This document shows, piece after piece, positions 29,637 through 40,657 of a stretch of 62,137 bases of DNA. The DNA is from an uncultured Parabacteroides sp. GTDB taxonomy: Bacteria > Bacteroidota > Bacteroidia > Bacteroidales > Tannerellaceae. Position 1 is the first letter of the stretch. The number at the start of each line of letters is the position of its first letter. The position numbers were made by a program, and so were the translations under genes. The notes beneath the pieces were generated by a model. That model saw nothing but the letters and a program-made list of their open reading frames with translations. It was not told the origin of the DNA and did not search any database. The stretch spans positions 1 through 62,137 of the forward strand of contig CALBYC010000211.1 of NCBI GenBank assembly GCA_937890135.1. Direction: 5' to 3'.

Positions 29637-32600
29637 TTATTTTTCTTTGGTGTTTATCTTGAAATCAAAACTCTCGTTCTCTGTCAGGTAATCGATCAAT
29701 GACGGTGTCACATGGACGCGGACGCTTGACGAGAACAAGTTCAGAGATACGTTATGTGTTCCGTCTATCACTTTAAAGTACAATAACGTGCCTCCGGGAT
29801 TACTTTTGATTAAAGTGGACAATTCGTTTATGCTTGTTTCGTCCAACTCATGGATGGGAACCGTGATACGGATATTTTCAATCAGTTTGTCCTTTTCGTC
29901 TTGCAACAATTTAATGGAGCTGATACGGAAGTCATAGACATTGGGCTGGTATTTGCTGCGTGGTTCCACTTTCCCTCTTACCAGCAAATACATGCCACTT
30001 TTCCCATATTTGGCATAGTCGATGTAATCTTGTCCGAAAAGCGGTATTTCCCCGCTTCCAGAGTAATCTTCTATCTTCAATATGCCGAAAGGCTTCCCCG
30101 TCTTGGTCGTCCCTTCCTTGAATCCGGTGACGATGCCTCCTGTCAAGACTTCCCGTTCAAGCAATGCTTCTTTGTCTTTGATTTCCGCCATGTGCGTGTT
30201 GCAAACATGATTGAGGATAATCTTGTACTCGTCCAGCGGATGGGCGGACAAATAAATTCCGACCAGTTCCTTTTCTTTGTTCAGACGTTCCAAGTCGCTC
30301 CATCGTTCGGCTTTCGGAATTTCGGGTTTGGAAATGGCTGCAAAACAGTCATCGCCGAATAAGGAATTGGCGGAAGTGGATTTGTCCAGCTGGTATTTAT
30401 TGCCATACCTGACCAGCACGTCCAGGAAGGTTTCCCCTTTCCCGTTGTCCACAAAGAAAGATTCCCTTTGGACACCGAAATTGTCTAACGCGCCGGCCAA
30501 TGCCAATGATTCGATGTTCTTCTTGTTGCAGGAAGAGAGGTTGACACGTTCGATGAAGTCGAACAAATCTTTGTATTTCCCGTTTTTCTTTCGCTCTTCG
30601 ATGATGTTTTGAACCGCCGATTCGCCGACTCCTTTGATAGCTCCCAACCCGAAACGAATGTTCTTTTCTTTGTCCACGCTGAATTTCAATATCGATTCGT
30701 TGACATCCGGACCAAGCACTTGGATACCCATGGCTTTGCACTCATCCATGAATTTCGTTATATCCGAAATATTAGACAAGCTTCGGCTCAGTATCGCAGC
30801 CATAAATTCAGATGGATAATTGGCTTTGAGGTAAGCCGTCTGGTACGCTACCCAAGAATAGCAAGTGGCGTGGCTTTTGTTAAAAGCGTACGATGCGAAT
30901 TTCTCCCAGTCCGACCATATTTTGCTCAGCGTGGCTTCTTCATAGCCATTGGCTTTTCCCCCCGCCATGAATTTAGACTTGAGGTGGTTCATCTTTTCAA
31001 TCAGCTTTTTGCCCATTGCCTTACGCAGGGCATCGCTTTCGCCGCGGGTGAAGTTTGCCAGCAAACGAGATAAAAGCATGACCTGTTCCTGGTATACCGT
31101 AATGCCGTATGTGTCTTTCAGGTAACGTTCCATGACCGGTATATCGTATTTGATTTCTTCTTTCCCCTGTTTTCTGGCGATGAAAGAAGGGATGTAATCC
31201 ATTGGACCGGGACGATAAAGGGCATTCATGGCAATCAAGTCCTCGAATTTGGAAGGTTGCAGTTCCTTCAGGTACTTCTGCATCCCGGCGGATTCGAACT
31301 GGAATGTGCCTGTTGTTTTCCCTTCGCAATAAAGTTTGTAAGTCGCGGGGTCTTCAAGGCTTATGTGGTCGATATCCAATTCTTGCCCGGTTGTCAACCG
31401 GATGTTTTCAATGGTATCTTTGATGTTGGACAACGTTTTAAGCCCCAAGAAGTCCATTTTAATCAACCCCGTTTCTTCTATGACGGAACCTTCATATTGG
31501 GTGACTAACATTTCTTCCCCTGTGTCTTTGTCCTTGGCTGTGCTAACGGGCACGACATCGGAAATGTCGTACCTCCCAATGATGACGCCGCAGGCATGTA
31601 CCCCCGTATTCCGGACGTTGCCTTCCAACATTTGTGCATATTTCAAGGTGTCTCGCATCAAGGGGTCGGGACTGTTGGCCGCCTCTTTCAACTCCGGCAC
31701 ATATTCGATGGCATCTTTCAGCTTGAATTTCTTCATGTCGGGAATCTTATCGGGAACCAATTTGGCCAAGCGGTTGGATTCCGCCAGAGGTAATTTCTCC
31801 ACGCGGGCCACATCTTTGATGGCGGATTTCGTAGCCATCGTGCCATAGGTGATGATGTGTGCCACACGTTCCGCTCCGTATTTGTCCGTTACCCAACGTA
31901 ATACTTCACCTCGTCCGTCGTCATCGAAGTCCGTGTCGATATCGGGCAGTGAAATACGGTCGGGATTCAAGAAACGCTCAAACAGCAAATCGTATTTGAT
32001 AGGGTCAATCTTGGTAATCCCTAAGCAATAGGCGACAGCTGAACCGGCTGCGGAGCCACGTCCCGGGCCTACGGATACCCCTAATTCTTCCCGTGCTGCG
32101 CGGATGAAGTCTTGCACTATCAAGAAATACCCCGGAAAGCCCATGGTTTTCATGATATGCAATTCGAAATTCAAGCGTTCTGCGACTTCGTCGGACAAAG
32201 GGTCGCCGTAACGTTCTTTTGCTCCTTCATAAGTGATTTTTGCCAGATAATCCGCCTCTAATTTGATACGGTAAAGCTTGTCATATCCGCCTAATTTTTT
32301 GATTTTTGCTTCGGCATCGGCTTGATTCAATACTACCTTCCCGTTTTCGTCTCGGGTGAACTCGTCGAAAATGTCTTTATCCGTGTATTTCTTGCGGTAT
32401 TCTTCTTCCGTCCCGAAATCTTCAGGAATGTTGAATGTGGGCATGATAGGCCCGCTGTCGATGCTATAGAACTCGACTTTATCGGCGATTTCCAACGTGT
32501 TGCTCAATGCCTCCGGGACATCCGCGAAGATTTGGTTCATTTCCGCTGTCGTCTTCATCCATTCTTGCTTCGTATACCGCATCCGGTTCGGATCGTCCAA

Positions 32601-33446
32601 GTCTTTTCCCGTGCTCAAGCAGATCAACCGGTCGTGGGCCTCTGCGTCTTCTTCGTTGACAAAATGGACATCGTTGGTCGCTATCAGCTTGATGTCATGT
32701 TTGCGGGCTAATTCAATGAGCACCTTGTTGACTTTCACTTGGTGCTCGTAGACGGTTTGATCGGCATCCGGTCGATGTGTCTCATGCCTTTGCATTTCCA
32801 AGTAATAATCCTCTCCGAAAAGATTCTTGAACCATAAAATGGCTTTTTCTGCTTCTTCGATATTCCCATTCATGATCTTTTGGGGAATCTCTCCGCCTAA
32901 ACAGGCCGAACATACAATCAACCCCTCGTGGTATCGTTCAAGCAGCTCTTTGTCTATGCGGGGACGTCCATAGAAGCCATCGGTCCATGAGAGGGAAACT
33001 ATTTTTATCAGATTCTTGTACCCCTGCATGTTTTTGGCTAAAACAATCAAGTGCCATCCACTCCGGTCTTCCTTGTTCTCGCGTTTGTGGCGATGATTTC
33101 TGGCGCAATAACATTCACATCCGATGATAGGTTTGAACAAATTCCCTTGGGCTTCTTTTAATTGTCGAAGCAGCTCCTCTTTCCGGCTTTCTTTCCCGCT
33201 TGGCTCTTCAGCGGCCTCGATGGATGCCAGTTCTTTTTGCAAGTCTTTGATGAGTCCTTGGACTTTGCTGTTCTTTTTGTTGACTTTGTTGAAAAATTCT
33301 TTTATGCCGAACATATTGCCATGGTCTGTGATGGCAATTGCCCTCATGCCGTCATTGTATGCTTTGTCGATGAGCGAGTCGATGGGGGCTTGTCCGTCAA
33401 GTAAGGAATATTGGGTATGTACGTGTAAGTGGATAAATGGTTCCAT
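29637..33446 (-). CDS. dnaE: DNA polymerase III alpha subunit
   Basis: HLHVHTQYSLLDG, GPGRGSAAGS, PDIDTDF, KMDFLGL, YAFNKSH. Confidence 0.98.
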   Translation of the reverse strand: MEPFIHLHVHTQYSLLDGQAPIDSLIDKAYNDGMRAIAITDHGNMFGIKEFFNKVNKKNSKVQGLIKDLQKELASIEAAEEPSGKESRKEELLRQLKEAQGNLFKPIIGCECYCARNHRHKRENKEDRSGWHLIVLAKNMQGYKNLIKIVSLSWTDGFYGRPRIDKELLERYHEGLIVCSACLGGEIPQKIMNGNIEEAEKAILWFKNLFGEDYYLEMQRHETHRPDADQTVYEHQVKVNKVLIELARKHDIKLIATNDVHFVNEEDAEAHDRLICLSTGKDLDDPNRMRYTKQEWMKTTAEMNQIFADVPEALSNTLEIADKVEFYSIDSGPIMPTFNIPEDFGTEEEYRKKYTDKDIFDEFTRDENGKVVLNQADAEAKIKKLGGYDKLYRIKLEADYLAKITYEGAKERYGDPLSDEVAERLNFELHIMKTMGFPGYFLIVQDFIRAAREELGVSVGPGRGSAAGSAVAYCLGITKIDPIKYDLLFERFLNPDRISLPDIDTDFDDDGRGEVLRWVTDKYGAERVAHIITYGTMATKSAIKDVARVEKLPLAESNRLAKLVPDKIPDMKKFKLKDAIEYVPELKEAANSPDPLMRDTLKYAQMLEGNVRNTGVHACGVIIGRYDISDVVPVSTAKDKDTGEEMLVTQYEGSVIEETGLIKMDFLGLKTLSNIKDTIENIRLTTGQELDIDHISLEDPATYKLYCEGKTTGTFQFESAGMQKYLKELQPSKFEDLIAMNALYRPGPMDYIPSFIARKQGKEEIKYDIPVMERYLKDTYGITVYQEQVMLLSRLLANFTRGESDALRKAMGKKLIEKMNHLKSKFMAGGKANGYEEATLSKIWSDWEKFASYAFNKSHATCYSWVAYQTAYLKANYPSEFMAAILSRSLSNISDITKFMDECKAMGIQVLGPDVNESILKFSVDKEKNIRFGLGAIKGVGESAVQNIIEERKKNGKYKDLFDFIERVNLSSCNKKNIESLALAGALDNFGVQRESFFVDNGKGETFLDVLVRYGNKYQLDKSTSANSLFGDDCFAAISKPEIPKAERWSDLERLNKEKELVGIYLSAHPLDEYKIILNHVCNTHMAEIKDKEALLEREVLTGGIVTGFKEGTTKTGKPFGILKIEDYSGSGEIPLFGQDYIDYAKYGKSGMYLLVRGKVEPRSKYQPNVYDFRISSIKLLQDEKDKLIENIRITVPIHELDETSINELSTLIKSNPGGTLLYFKVIDGTHNVSLNLFSSSVRVHVTPSLIDYLTENESFDFKINTKEK

Positions 33447-33635
33447 CTTCTGATGATTTCTTTTTTGAGGGTAAAAATACACTTAATTTATTTGTTTAGC
33501 AAATATGGGAAGCGGTTTCCTTGATTCGGTTATCGCCGGAGAAATCGTATTGAGGTAATTTAAGGCGGTTCACGTTCTTCCATGCTCGTTTGTGTTTCTC
33601 ATCGATTATGCTTTATTTTGTGGAAAAGAACGAAA

Positions 33636-34343
33636 ATGGAAGAGGACGTAGGGAAAGAAAGAATATTGCAGATAACCGCTGACGGTAGCCATACACTGTA
33701 TTTGCCTGACATGGATGAACATTACCATTCCGTGAATGGTGCCATACAGGAGTCAAGGCATATCTTCATCGAAGCCGGACTCAAACAGATTAGGAAGGAT
33801 GAAATCCGCTTGCTGGAGATTGGCTTTGGGACGGGGTTGAATGCTTTTCTGACTTTAAAGGAGATAATGGAAAGCGAGGTCAAGCAAAACGTGATATACT
33901 ATTCTGTTGAATTATATCTTTTGGAAATGTCTGTTGTGGAAAATCTGAATTATGGAGCACTTGCCTGGGAAGGACATGAAGATTCCTTCCTGGACCTCCA
34001 CCAAGCGCAGTGGAACATGGATGTGAAAATCACAGAACAGTTTACTTTGCATAAAATAAAAGGGGACAGCAATTCTTGTGAATTGCCCCGGTCTGTGGAT
34101 TTGATTTATTTCGATGCGTTTGCTCCCGAAAAGCAGCCGGAGATGTGGAACCCGTCTATCTTCGACAAGCTTTATGGGCTTGCCAATGAGGATGCCATCA
34201 TGATGACTTATTGCGCCAAGGGGGTTGTGAGGAGAAGCATGCAGGCTGCCGGCTTTGAAATGGAACGTTTGCCGGGACCACCGGGGAAAAGGCATATCCT
34301 CCGAGGGGTAAAACATGAATGGCGTAAACGACCATATCAATAG
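33636..34343 (+). CDS. mnmD: tRNA mnm5s2U34 methyltransferase, MnmC N-terminal/MnmD-like
   Basis: TADGSHTL, EHYHS, LEIGFGTGLN, YFDAFAP, TYCAKG, GPPGKR. Confidence 0.88.
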   Translation: MEEDVGKERILQITADGSHTLYLPDMDEHYHSVNGAIQESRHIFIEAGLKQIRKDEIRLLEIGFGTGLNAFLTLKEIMESEVKQNVIYYSVELYLLEMSVVENLNYGALAWEGHEDSFLDLHQAQWNMDVKITEQFTLHKIKGDSNSCELPRSVDLIYFDAFAPEKQPEMWNPSIFDKLYGLANEDAIMMTYCAKGVVRRSMQAAGFEMERLPGPPGKRHILRGVKHEWRKRPYQ

Positions 34344-34373
34344 AAAGCCCATCCTGGAAAACAGGCTTTTAAA

Positions 34374-34404
34374 TCCTTCCTCGCACTCATTCGGTGAGGA
34401 AGGA
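34374..34404. terminator. Hairpin between convergent genes
   Basis: TCCTTCCTC / GAGGAAGGA stem. Confidence 0.45.
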
Positions 34405-34437
34405 CAAATGCCTTGGCTGTTTTAGTCCGAGTTAGGG

Positions 34438-35082
34438 TTAAAAATAGATATCCCCGAAGTATTTCGGGCAATGGAAATCCGGGTGAGGCAGATCAATCGG
34501 GCTCCAACTTACGAAATGGGGGTATTCCGTGTCGTCTGCGCATTTATAGAAATTCCCCTTGACCTTTTCCGGCAGATGAGCTGCGTCCAGCCCCATCACT
34601 TCAAAAGGAATGGCTACTAACAGTTCCCATTCGTAAATGCCTTTCTTTTCAGCGAAGGTGTTTTCCTCCAACGATGAATACCTGCGTATGGATTTGTATT
34701 CGGAAGGTGTCAAAGAGACCTTTTGGCTTCTGGAGACTCGTCTTGCCGCATCGCAAGTGCCAATGCAATTGAACTCGAAATTCATGTATTCTTCACTGCC
34801 GCAGCGTTGCATGAAAAACTCGACACAGCTGTCTAAATGGACATCCGTGTCGTCTTTGTCGAAAACCGCCTTTAATGAAAAACCTTTGACGAAATACCGG
34901 ATATACAGGGATTTCTCGGAACGGACAATGTCAAAAGCGACGATGGGCTTGTATGGATACTCTTCTTTCCAGTCAACCACTTCTATATATTCCCGTTGCG
35001 CTTTCGTCTCCATCATCAAACCGACGGTTGACATCTCTAAGTCGTCCAAACCCTGTACGAAAGGGACTTTTAACTTTTTCAT
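34438..35082 (-). CDS. Carbohydrate-binding family 9-like (DOMON-like) protein
   Basis: DSCVEFF, YMNFEFNCIG, GNFYKCAD, PDFHCPKYFG. Confidence 0.8.
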   Translation of the reverse strand: MKKLKVPFVQGLDDLEMSTVGLMMETKAQREYIEVVDWKEEYPYKPIVAFDIVRSEKSLYIRYFVKGFSLKAVFDKDDTDVHLDSCVEFFMQRCGSEEYMNFEFNCIGTCDAARRVSRSQKVSLTPSEYKSIRRYSSLEENTFAEKKGIYEWELLVAIPFEVMGLDAAHLPEKVKGNFYKCADDTEYPHFVSWSPIDLPHPDFHCPKYFGDIYF

Positions 35083-35198
35083 CTTCTTATTTTTTACGTT
35101 TTGTCATTCAATTCAAAAGAATCATTGCGAAACCTAACGACAGAGACAGCCATGATGATGCACCCTGCGATAGTATCCAACAGCCAAATGCCCCTTGC

Positions 35199-36740
35199 TC
35201 ATTTCACTTTGTCACGAACATCTTTTAAGATGTTCTGCAGTTCATAAACAATTTCAGGCTTTTCCTTCGCCATATTCTTTTGCTCGTAGTCTTCTGAAAT
35301 TTTGTACAGCTGAGGTCCCATCATGTAACCTGTTTCCACCGCCTCTTCCTTCATGAATGCCGTGCCCCTGCTTGGCTCGATATATTTCCATTCTTTCGTG
35401 CGGACCGAGAGCGCATGATTCATGGCTTGCTCGATTACCCATGGGCGGTCGTTGTTGTCTTTGCCCAACCAAGTGTCCAAATGGTTTCTGCTGTCGGTAG
35501 CTGCACCTTTGGGCGGACGGACATGCAGCAAGGAGGCAAGTGAGGCGAGCCAATCTATTTGAGAAACCAAAGCATCCGATACGGCCGGCTTATGAATCTC
35601 TTTCGGCCACCTGACGATTGCGGGTACGCGGGTGCCCCCTTCAAACGCGCTGTATTTGTTCCCGCGCAAGGGACCAGCCGGACGGTGATTGCCCAATTTG
35701 GCAACGGCTTCGTCTGCATAACCGTCGTCCACAACAGGGCCATTGTCGCTGGATAAGATGATGAGCGTGTTATCGGCTATACCCAAATCGTCCAATGTTT
35801 TCATCAGCTGGCCGACAGTCCAGTCAAACTGGACAATGGCATCTCCCCGGAGTCCCATTGGGTTCTTTCCGCGGAAACGTTCGTGCGGGAATCGGGGCAC
35901 GTGTATGTCGTTGGTGGCAAAGTACATGAAAAAAGGCTTGTCTTTGTTGGCACGGATGAATCCTTGTGCGTGCACTAATATGGAATCGGCAATATTCTCG
36001 TCTTTCCATAAGGCCTTTCCCCCTCCTTTCATGTAACCTATTCTGCTGATTCCGTTTACGATGGACATGTCATGCCCGAAACTTGGCTTTAAGTTGTAAA
36101 GAAGTTCCGGATTGTCTCTGCCGGTAGGCTCGCCCGGGAAATTAGCCTTGTAGCTTACTTCTATCGGGGCGGAAGGGTCATAATTAGCCACCTGCCCGTT
36201 CTCTATGAATACGCACGGGACGCGGTCTGCCGTGGCCGCCATGATATAGTGGTAGTCAAATCCCAAATCGCCTAAGGCTGCCGGGAGAGGAGCATTCCAG
36301 TCCTGTTCCCCCGTTTTGTCCCCTAGTCCCAAGTGCCATTTGCCAATGGCTGCAGTGGCATAACCTGCGGATTTGAAAAGATCCGCCATGGTGAATTGTC
36401 CGGGCCGGATAATCATTTTAGCATTGCCTGCAGCAATATCCGTGTCCGGCCTCCTCCAAGCATATTCCCCTGTCAGCATGGCATACCGGGAAGGGGTACT
36501 GGTTGAGGCTGCCGCATGAGCTTGCGTGAAACGGATGCCTTCGCTCGCCAAACGGTTCACATTCGGGGTCTGCACGCGGGTCGCCCCATAGCATTCCAGG
36601 TCGCCATAACCCAAATCATCCGCATAAATGAAGATGACGTTCGGCAAACCCTTTCCCGCCATGATATGTTCCTGTTGCGCTTGCAAAGCCGAAGGTAATA
36701 AAGAAGCTGCTCCCAAGGCTATAAATAAAGTCGATTTCAT
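35199..36740 (-). CDS. Secreted Ser-type sulfatase (arylsulfatase-like)
   Basis: PNVIFIYADDLGYGD, STPSR (S-x-P-x-R), GKWHLG, SSDNG, FEGGTRVP. Confidence 0.93.
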   Translation of the reverse strand: MKSTLFIALGAASLLPSALQAQQEHIMAGKGLPNVIFIYADDLGYGDLECYGATRVQTPNVNRLASEGIRFTQAHAAASTSTPSRYAMLTGEYAWRRPDTDIAAGNAKMIIRPGQFTMADLFKSAGYATAAIGKWHLGLGDKTGEQDWNAPLPAALGDLGFDYHYIMAATADRVPCVFIENGQVANYDPSAPIEVSYKANFPGEPTGRDNPELLYNLKPSFGHDMSIVNGISRIGYMKGGGKALWKDENIADSILVHAQGFIRANKDKPFFMYFATNDIHVPRFPHERFRGKNPMGLRGDAIVQFDWTVGQLMKTLDDLGIADNTLIILSSDNGPVVDDGYADEAVAKLGNHRPAGPLRGNKYSAFEGGTRVPAIVRWPKEIHKPAVSDALVSQIDWLASLASLLHVRPPKGAATDSRNHLDTWLGKDNNDRPWVIEQAMNHALSVRTKEWKYIEPSRGTAFMKEEAVETGYMMGPQLYKISEDYEQKNMAKEKPEIVYELQNILKDVRDKVK

Positions 36741-36867
36741 ATTATCCGTGTTTTTATCTGCGTCAAAAGTACGGATTTTATCGGGAAATACCGCTTTTTC
36801 CCGTATGAAATGTATATCTTTGCACTATTCTAATCAACGTAAGATTATCAATTAACTTGAACATAAT

Positions 36868-39800
36868 ATGATTCTATTCTTTCAATCTCCAACAAAAACC
36901 GTGTTAGCCGTAGAGGCTGAACATGCGTTTTCCGCGGAAGACACACAGAAACTTATATGGCTTTTCAGTGAAGCCAAACCCGTCGAATCCGAAGCCTTGA
37001 AGGGTTGGTTCGTAGGTCCCCGCCGCGAAATGATTACACCATGGAGCACCAATGCCGTAGAAATCACCCAGAATATGGGCTTGAAAGGCATCCGGCGTAT
37101 TGAAGAATATTTCCCGGTCACATCAAACGAGGCTGAACACGACCCCATGCTACAACGTATTTACGACGGATTGGACCAAAAGATTTTTGCAATAAGCAAG
37201 AAACCGGATCCGATTATTTATATTGAGGACTTGGATGCTTATAATGCGCAAGAGGGTTTGGCCTTGAGCAAAGAGGAAATAGCTTATCTAAAGGATGTCA
37301 GCTGTAAATTAGGTCGTAAATTGACGGACAGCGAAGTGTTTGGCTTCTCTCAAGTCAATTCGGAACACTGCCGCCATAAAATCTTCGGCGGAACTTTTAT
37401 CATCGATGGAGAAGAGAAACAAAGTTCGTTGTTCAGTTTAATTAAGAAAACTTCCGAAGAAAACCCGAATAAGCTGGTTTCTGCCTATAAAGATAATGTG
37501 GCCTTCAATGAAGGCCCTGTAGTCGAGCAATTTTCCCCAGAACGTGGTGACATGCCGGATTTTTATATGACAAAAAATATCCCGACAGTCATTTCGTTGA
37601 AGGCCGAGACTCATAATTTCCCGACAACAGTTGAGCCGTTCAATGGTGCGGCTACAGGTTCGGGTGGTGAGATTCGTGACCGCTTGGGCGGCGGTAAAGC
37701 GTCTTTGCCATTGGCAGGGACGGCTGTTTATATGACATCTTACCCTCGGACGGAAGGAGTGCGCGAGTGGGAGAAAGCATTAGACCCTCGTCCATGGTTG
37801 TATCAGACGCCTGAACAGATTTTGATCAAGGCTTCCAATGGAGCTTCCGATTTTGGCAATAAGTTCGGGCAACCGTTGATTTGCGGTTCCGTCTTGACTT
37901 TTGAACACGAAGAGAACCAAAAACAATATGCCTACGATAAAGTAATCATGTTGGCAGGTGGAGTAGGATATGCCAATAAACGGGATGCGTTGAAAGGAAA
38001 TCCGAAGCCTGGGGAAAAAGTTGTGGTTATGGGTGGCGACAACTACCGTATTGGCATGGGCGGAGGTGCTGTATCCTCAGTGAACACCGGCCAGTATGCC
38101 AGCGGCATCGAATTAAACGCCATCCAGCGCGCTAATCCGGAAATGCAAAAACGCGTTGCCAATGTGATTCGTACCGTTGCCGAATCCAATGACAATCCGA
38201 TTGTTTCTATCCATGACCATGGTGCAGGCGGGCATTTGAACTGTTTGTCCGAGTTGGTGGAAACGACCGGAGGCCATATTGATATGAGTAAGTTGCCTAT
38301 AGGAGATCCCACGCTTTCTGCCAAAGAGATTATAGGAAACGAAAGTCAGGAAAGAATGGGCTTATTGTTGGAGGAAAAAGACGTTGATCGGGTTAAACGG
38401 ATAGCGGATCGCGAACGTGCTCCCATGTATGTAGTCGGGGAGACGACTGGCGACATGAAGTTCGTTTTTGAGCAAGCGGATGGAGAGAAGCCGATAGACA
38501 TCAAGCTTGAATATATGTTTGGCAAACCGCCACGTACCATCATGCGTGACCATACGGTTACAGAGACTTATCAGCCTGTCGTTTATAAGGAATCCGATCT
38601 TCATCAATATTTGGAAAATGTGCTTCAATTGGAAGCTGTAGCTTGTAAAGATTGGTTGACCAACAAGGTGGATCGTTCCGTAAGCGGCAAGGTGGCTCGA
38701 CAGCAATGCCAAGGTGAATTACAATTGCCATTGAGTGACTTAGGAGCTATGGCTTTGGATTATAGAGGAAAAGCGGGTATTGCTACGGCTATCGGTCATG
38801 CCCCGCAAGTGGCAATGGTTGACCCTGCAGCTGGCTCAGTCATGGCTATCGCCGAAGCTCTTACAAATATAGTATTTGCGCCGTTATCGGATAAATTGTC
38901 AGGAGTATCTTTGAGTGCGAACTGGATGTGGCCGTGCCGGAACGAGGGAGAAGATGCACGTTTGTATAAAGCGGTGGAAGCTGCTTCTGATTTCGCTTGT
39001 GCATTGGGCATAAATATACCGACTGGAAAGGACTCTTTGTCGATGACACAAAAGTATGGAGATAAGAAAGTCCTTTCTCCAGGAACTGTCATCATCTCAG
39101 CAGGTGCGGAGGTGAGCGACGTTCGAAAAATCGTTTCTCCGGTGTTGGCTCATGAAAAGAACTCCCACATATATTACATAGACTTTTCATTCGACACTCT
39201 GAAGTTGGGCGGTTCTGCTTTAGCCCAGACATTGAACAAGTTGGGGAATGAAGTTCCGACAGTGAAAGACCCTGAATACTTTAAGGATGCATTCAATGCT
39301 GTCCAAGAAGCAATTGAAAAAGGCTTGGTTTTGGCTGGGCACGATATCTCTGCCGGTGGAATGATTACGGCTTTGCTGGAAATGTGCTTTGCCAATGTGG
39401 AAGGGGGATTGGAAGTGAACTTGGATAATATCGCAGAACGCGATATCGTGAAGATTTTGTTTGCGGAAAATCCAGGTATCTTGGTTCAGGTGAAAGAAAA
39501 GAAAGCATTTGAGAAGTTGATGGCGGAAGCAGGCGTTGGTTTTGCTGAAATAGCAAAGCCTACAAACGAACGTCATATCTTAGTCTCTAAAGAAGGAATC
39601 CAATATCATTTCGGCATAGATTATATGCGTGATGTTTGGTACGAATCTTCTTATAAGCTGGATATCAAGCAGAGTGGCAATACTTGCGCAGGCAATCGTT
39701 TCGAGAATTACAAGATGCAGCCATTGGAGTTTAAGTTCAATAAAAACTTCACAGGAAAGTTGGCCGACTATGGTTTGACTTTTGACCGCAAGGAGAGAAG

Positions 39801-40557
39801 TGGCATCAAAGCGGCCGTCATCCGGGAAAAGGGTTGCCAATGTGAACGAGAAACTTCTTATGCCCTTTATTTGGCAGGCTTCGACGTGAAAGATGTCCAT
39901 ATGACAGATTTGGCTTCGGGACGTGAAACATTGGAGGACGTAAACATGATCGTATTCTGTGGAGGTTTCTCCAACTCGGACGTTTTAGGTTCAGCTAAAG
40001 GTTGGGCCGCAGGCATTCTTTTTAACGAGAAGGCCAAGAAAGCCATCGACAGCTTTTATGCTCGCGAGGACACGTTGAGTTTGGGTATATGCAACGGGTG
40101 CCAGGTGATGACAGAATTGGGCGTTGTCTACCCTGAACATGAAAAGAAATATAAGATGTTGCATAATGATTCCCATAAGTTTGAATCCAGTTTTGTTACA
40201 TTGGAAATCCCCAAGAACCATTCAGTCATGCTTGGTTCATTGAGTGGATGTAAGATTGGAGCCTGGGTTGCGCATGGAGAAGGCAAGTTCGATTTCCCAT
40301 ACGGAGAGAAGGACTATCATATCATCGCTAAGTATAATTATGATGGGTATCCCGCCAATCCTAACGGCTCGCCATGGGCAGTAGCTGGGGTATGTTCGCA
40401 CGATGGCCGTCATTTAGCCATGATGCCACACCCCGAACGTGCCATGTTCCCTTGGCAATGTGGTTATTATCCGGCTGAGCATAGCCATGATGAGGTGACT
40501 CCATGGATTGAAGCATTTGTGAATGCCAGGAAATGGATCGAGGCCAACAAGCATTGA
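36868..40557 (+). CDS. purL: Phosphoribosylformylglycinamidine synthase (large form)
   Basis: NSEHCRHKIF, KAETHNFPT, HDHGAGG, LGICNGCQ, MMPHPER; TATCTTTG promoter at 36815. Confidence 0.97.
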   Translation: MILFFQSPTKTVLAVEAEHAFSAEDTQKLIWLFSEAKPVESEALKGWFVGPRREMITPWSTNAVEITQNMGLKGIRRIEEYFPVTSNEAEHDPMLQRIYDGLDQKIFAISKKPDPIIYIEDLDAYNAQEGLALSKEEIAYLKDVSCKLGRKLTDSEVFGFSQVNSEHCRHKIFGGTFIIDGEEKQSSLFSLIKKTSEENPNKLVSAYKDNVAFNEGPVVEQFSPERGDMPDFYMTKNIPTVISLKAETHNFPTTVEPFNGAATGSGGEIRDRLGGGKASLPLAGTAVYMTSYPRTEGVREWEKALDPRPWLYQTPEQILIKASNGASDFGNKFGQPLICGSVLTFEHEENQKQYAYDKVIMLAGGVGYANKRDALKGNPKPGEKVVVMGGDNYRIGMGGGAVSSVNTGQYASGIELNAIQRANPEMQKRVANVIRTVAESNDNPIVSIHDHGAGGHLNCLSELVETTGGHIDMSKLPIGDPTLSAKEIIGNESQERMGLLLEEKDVDRVKRIADRERAPMYVVGETTGDMKFVFEQADGEKPIDIKLEYMFGKPPRTIMRDHTVTETYQPVVYKESDLHQYLENVLQLEAVACKDWLTNKVDRSVSGKVARQQCQGELQLPLSDLGAMALDYRGKAGIATAIGHAPQVAMVDPAAGSVMAIAEALTNIVFAPLSDKLSGVSLSANWMWPCRNEGEDARLYKAVEAASDFACALGINIPTGKDSLSMTQKYGDKKVLSPGTVIISAGAEVSDVRKIVSPVLAHEKNSHIYYIDFSFDTLKLGGSALAQTLNKLGNEVPTVKDPEYFKDAFNAVQEAIEKGLVLAGHDISAGGMITALLEMCFANVEGGLEVNLDNIAERDIVKILFAENPGILVQVKEKKAFEKLMAEAGVGFAEIAKPTNERHILVSKEGIQYHFGIDYMRDVWYESSYKLDIKQSGNTCAGNRFENYKMQPLEFKFNKNFTGKLADYGLTFDRKERSGIKAAVIREKGCQCERETSYALYLAGFDVKDVHMTDLASGRETLEDVNMIVFCGGFSNSDVLGSAKGWAAGILFNEKAKKAIDSFYAREDTLSLGICNGCQVMTELGVVYPEHEKKYKMLHNDSHKFESSFVTLEIPKNHSVMLGSLSGCKIGAWVAHGEGKFDFPYGEKDYHIIAKYNYDGYPANPNGSPWAVAGVCSHDGRHLAMMPHPERAMFPWQCGYYPAEHSHDEVTPWIEAFVNARKWIEANKH

Positions 40558-40614
40558 TCGTAGCTTCCGTATGGTAAACAGGCAAACGCTGTTTTTATTT
40601 AATGATAATTTATC

Positions 40615-40649
40615 AAGAAGAGGATGCCGTCCGATGGCATCCTCTTCTT
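40615..40649. terminator. Bidirectional terminator
   Basis: AAGAAGAGGATGCC / GGCATCCTCTTCTT perfect stem. Confidence 0.75.
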
Positions 40650-40657
40650 ATATAGGG

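Noticed and set aside
33150..33290. Intein in dnaE
   Set aside because: The insertion is short and lacks Cys/Ser start and His-Asn end motifs
36822..36868. Purine or ZTP riboswitch before purL
   Set aside because: The leader between the -7 element and ATG is under 50 nt, too short
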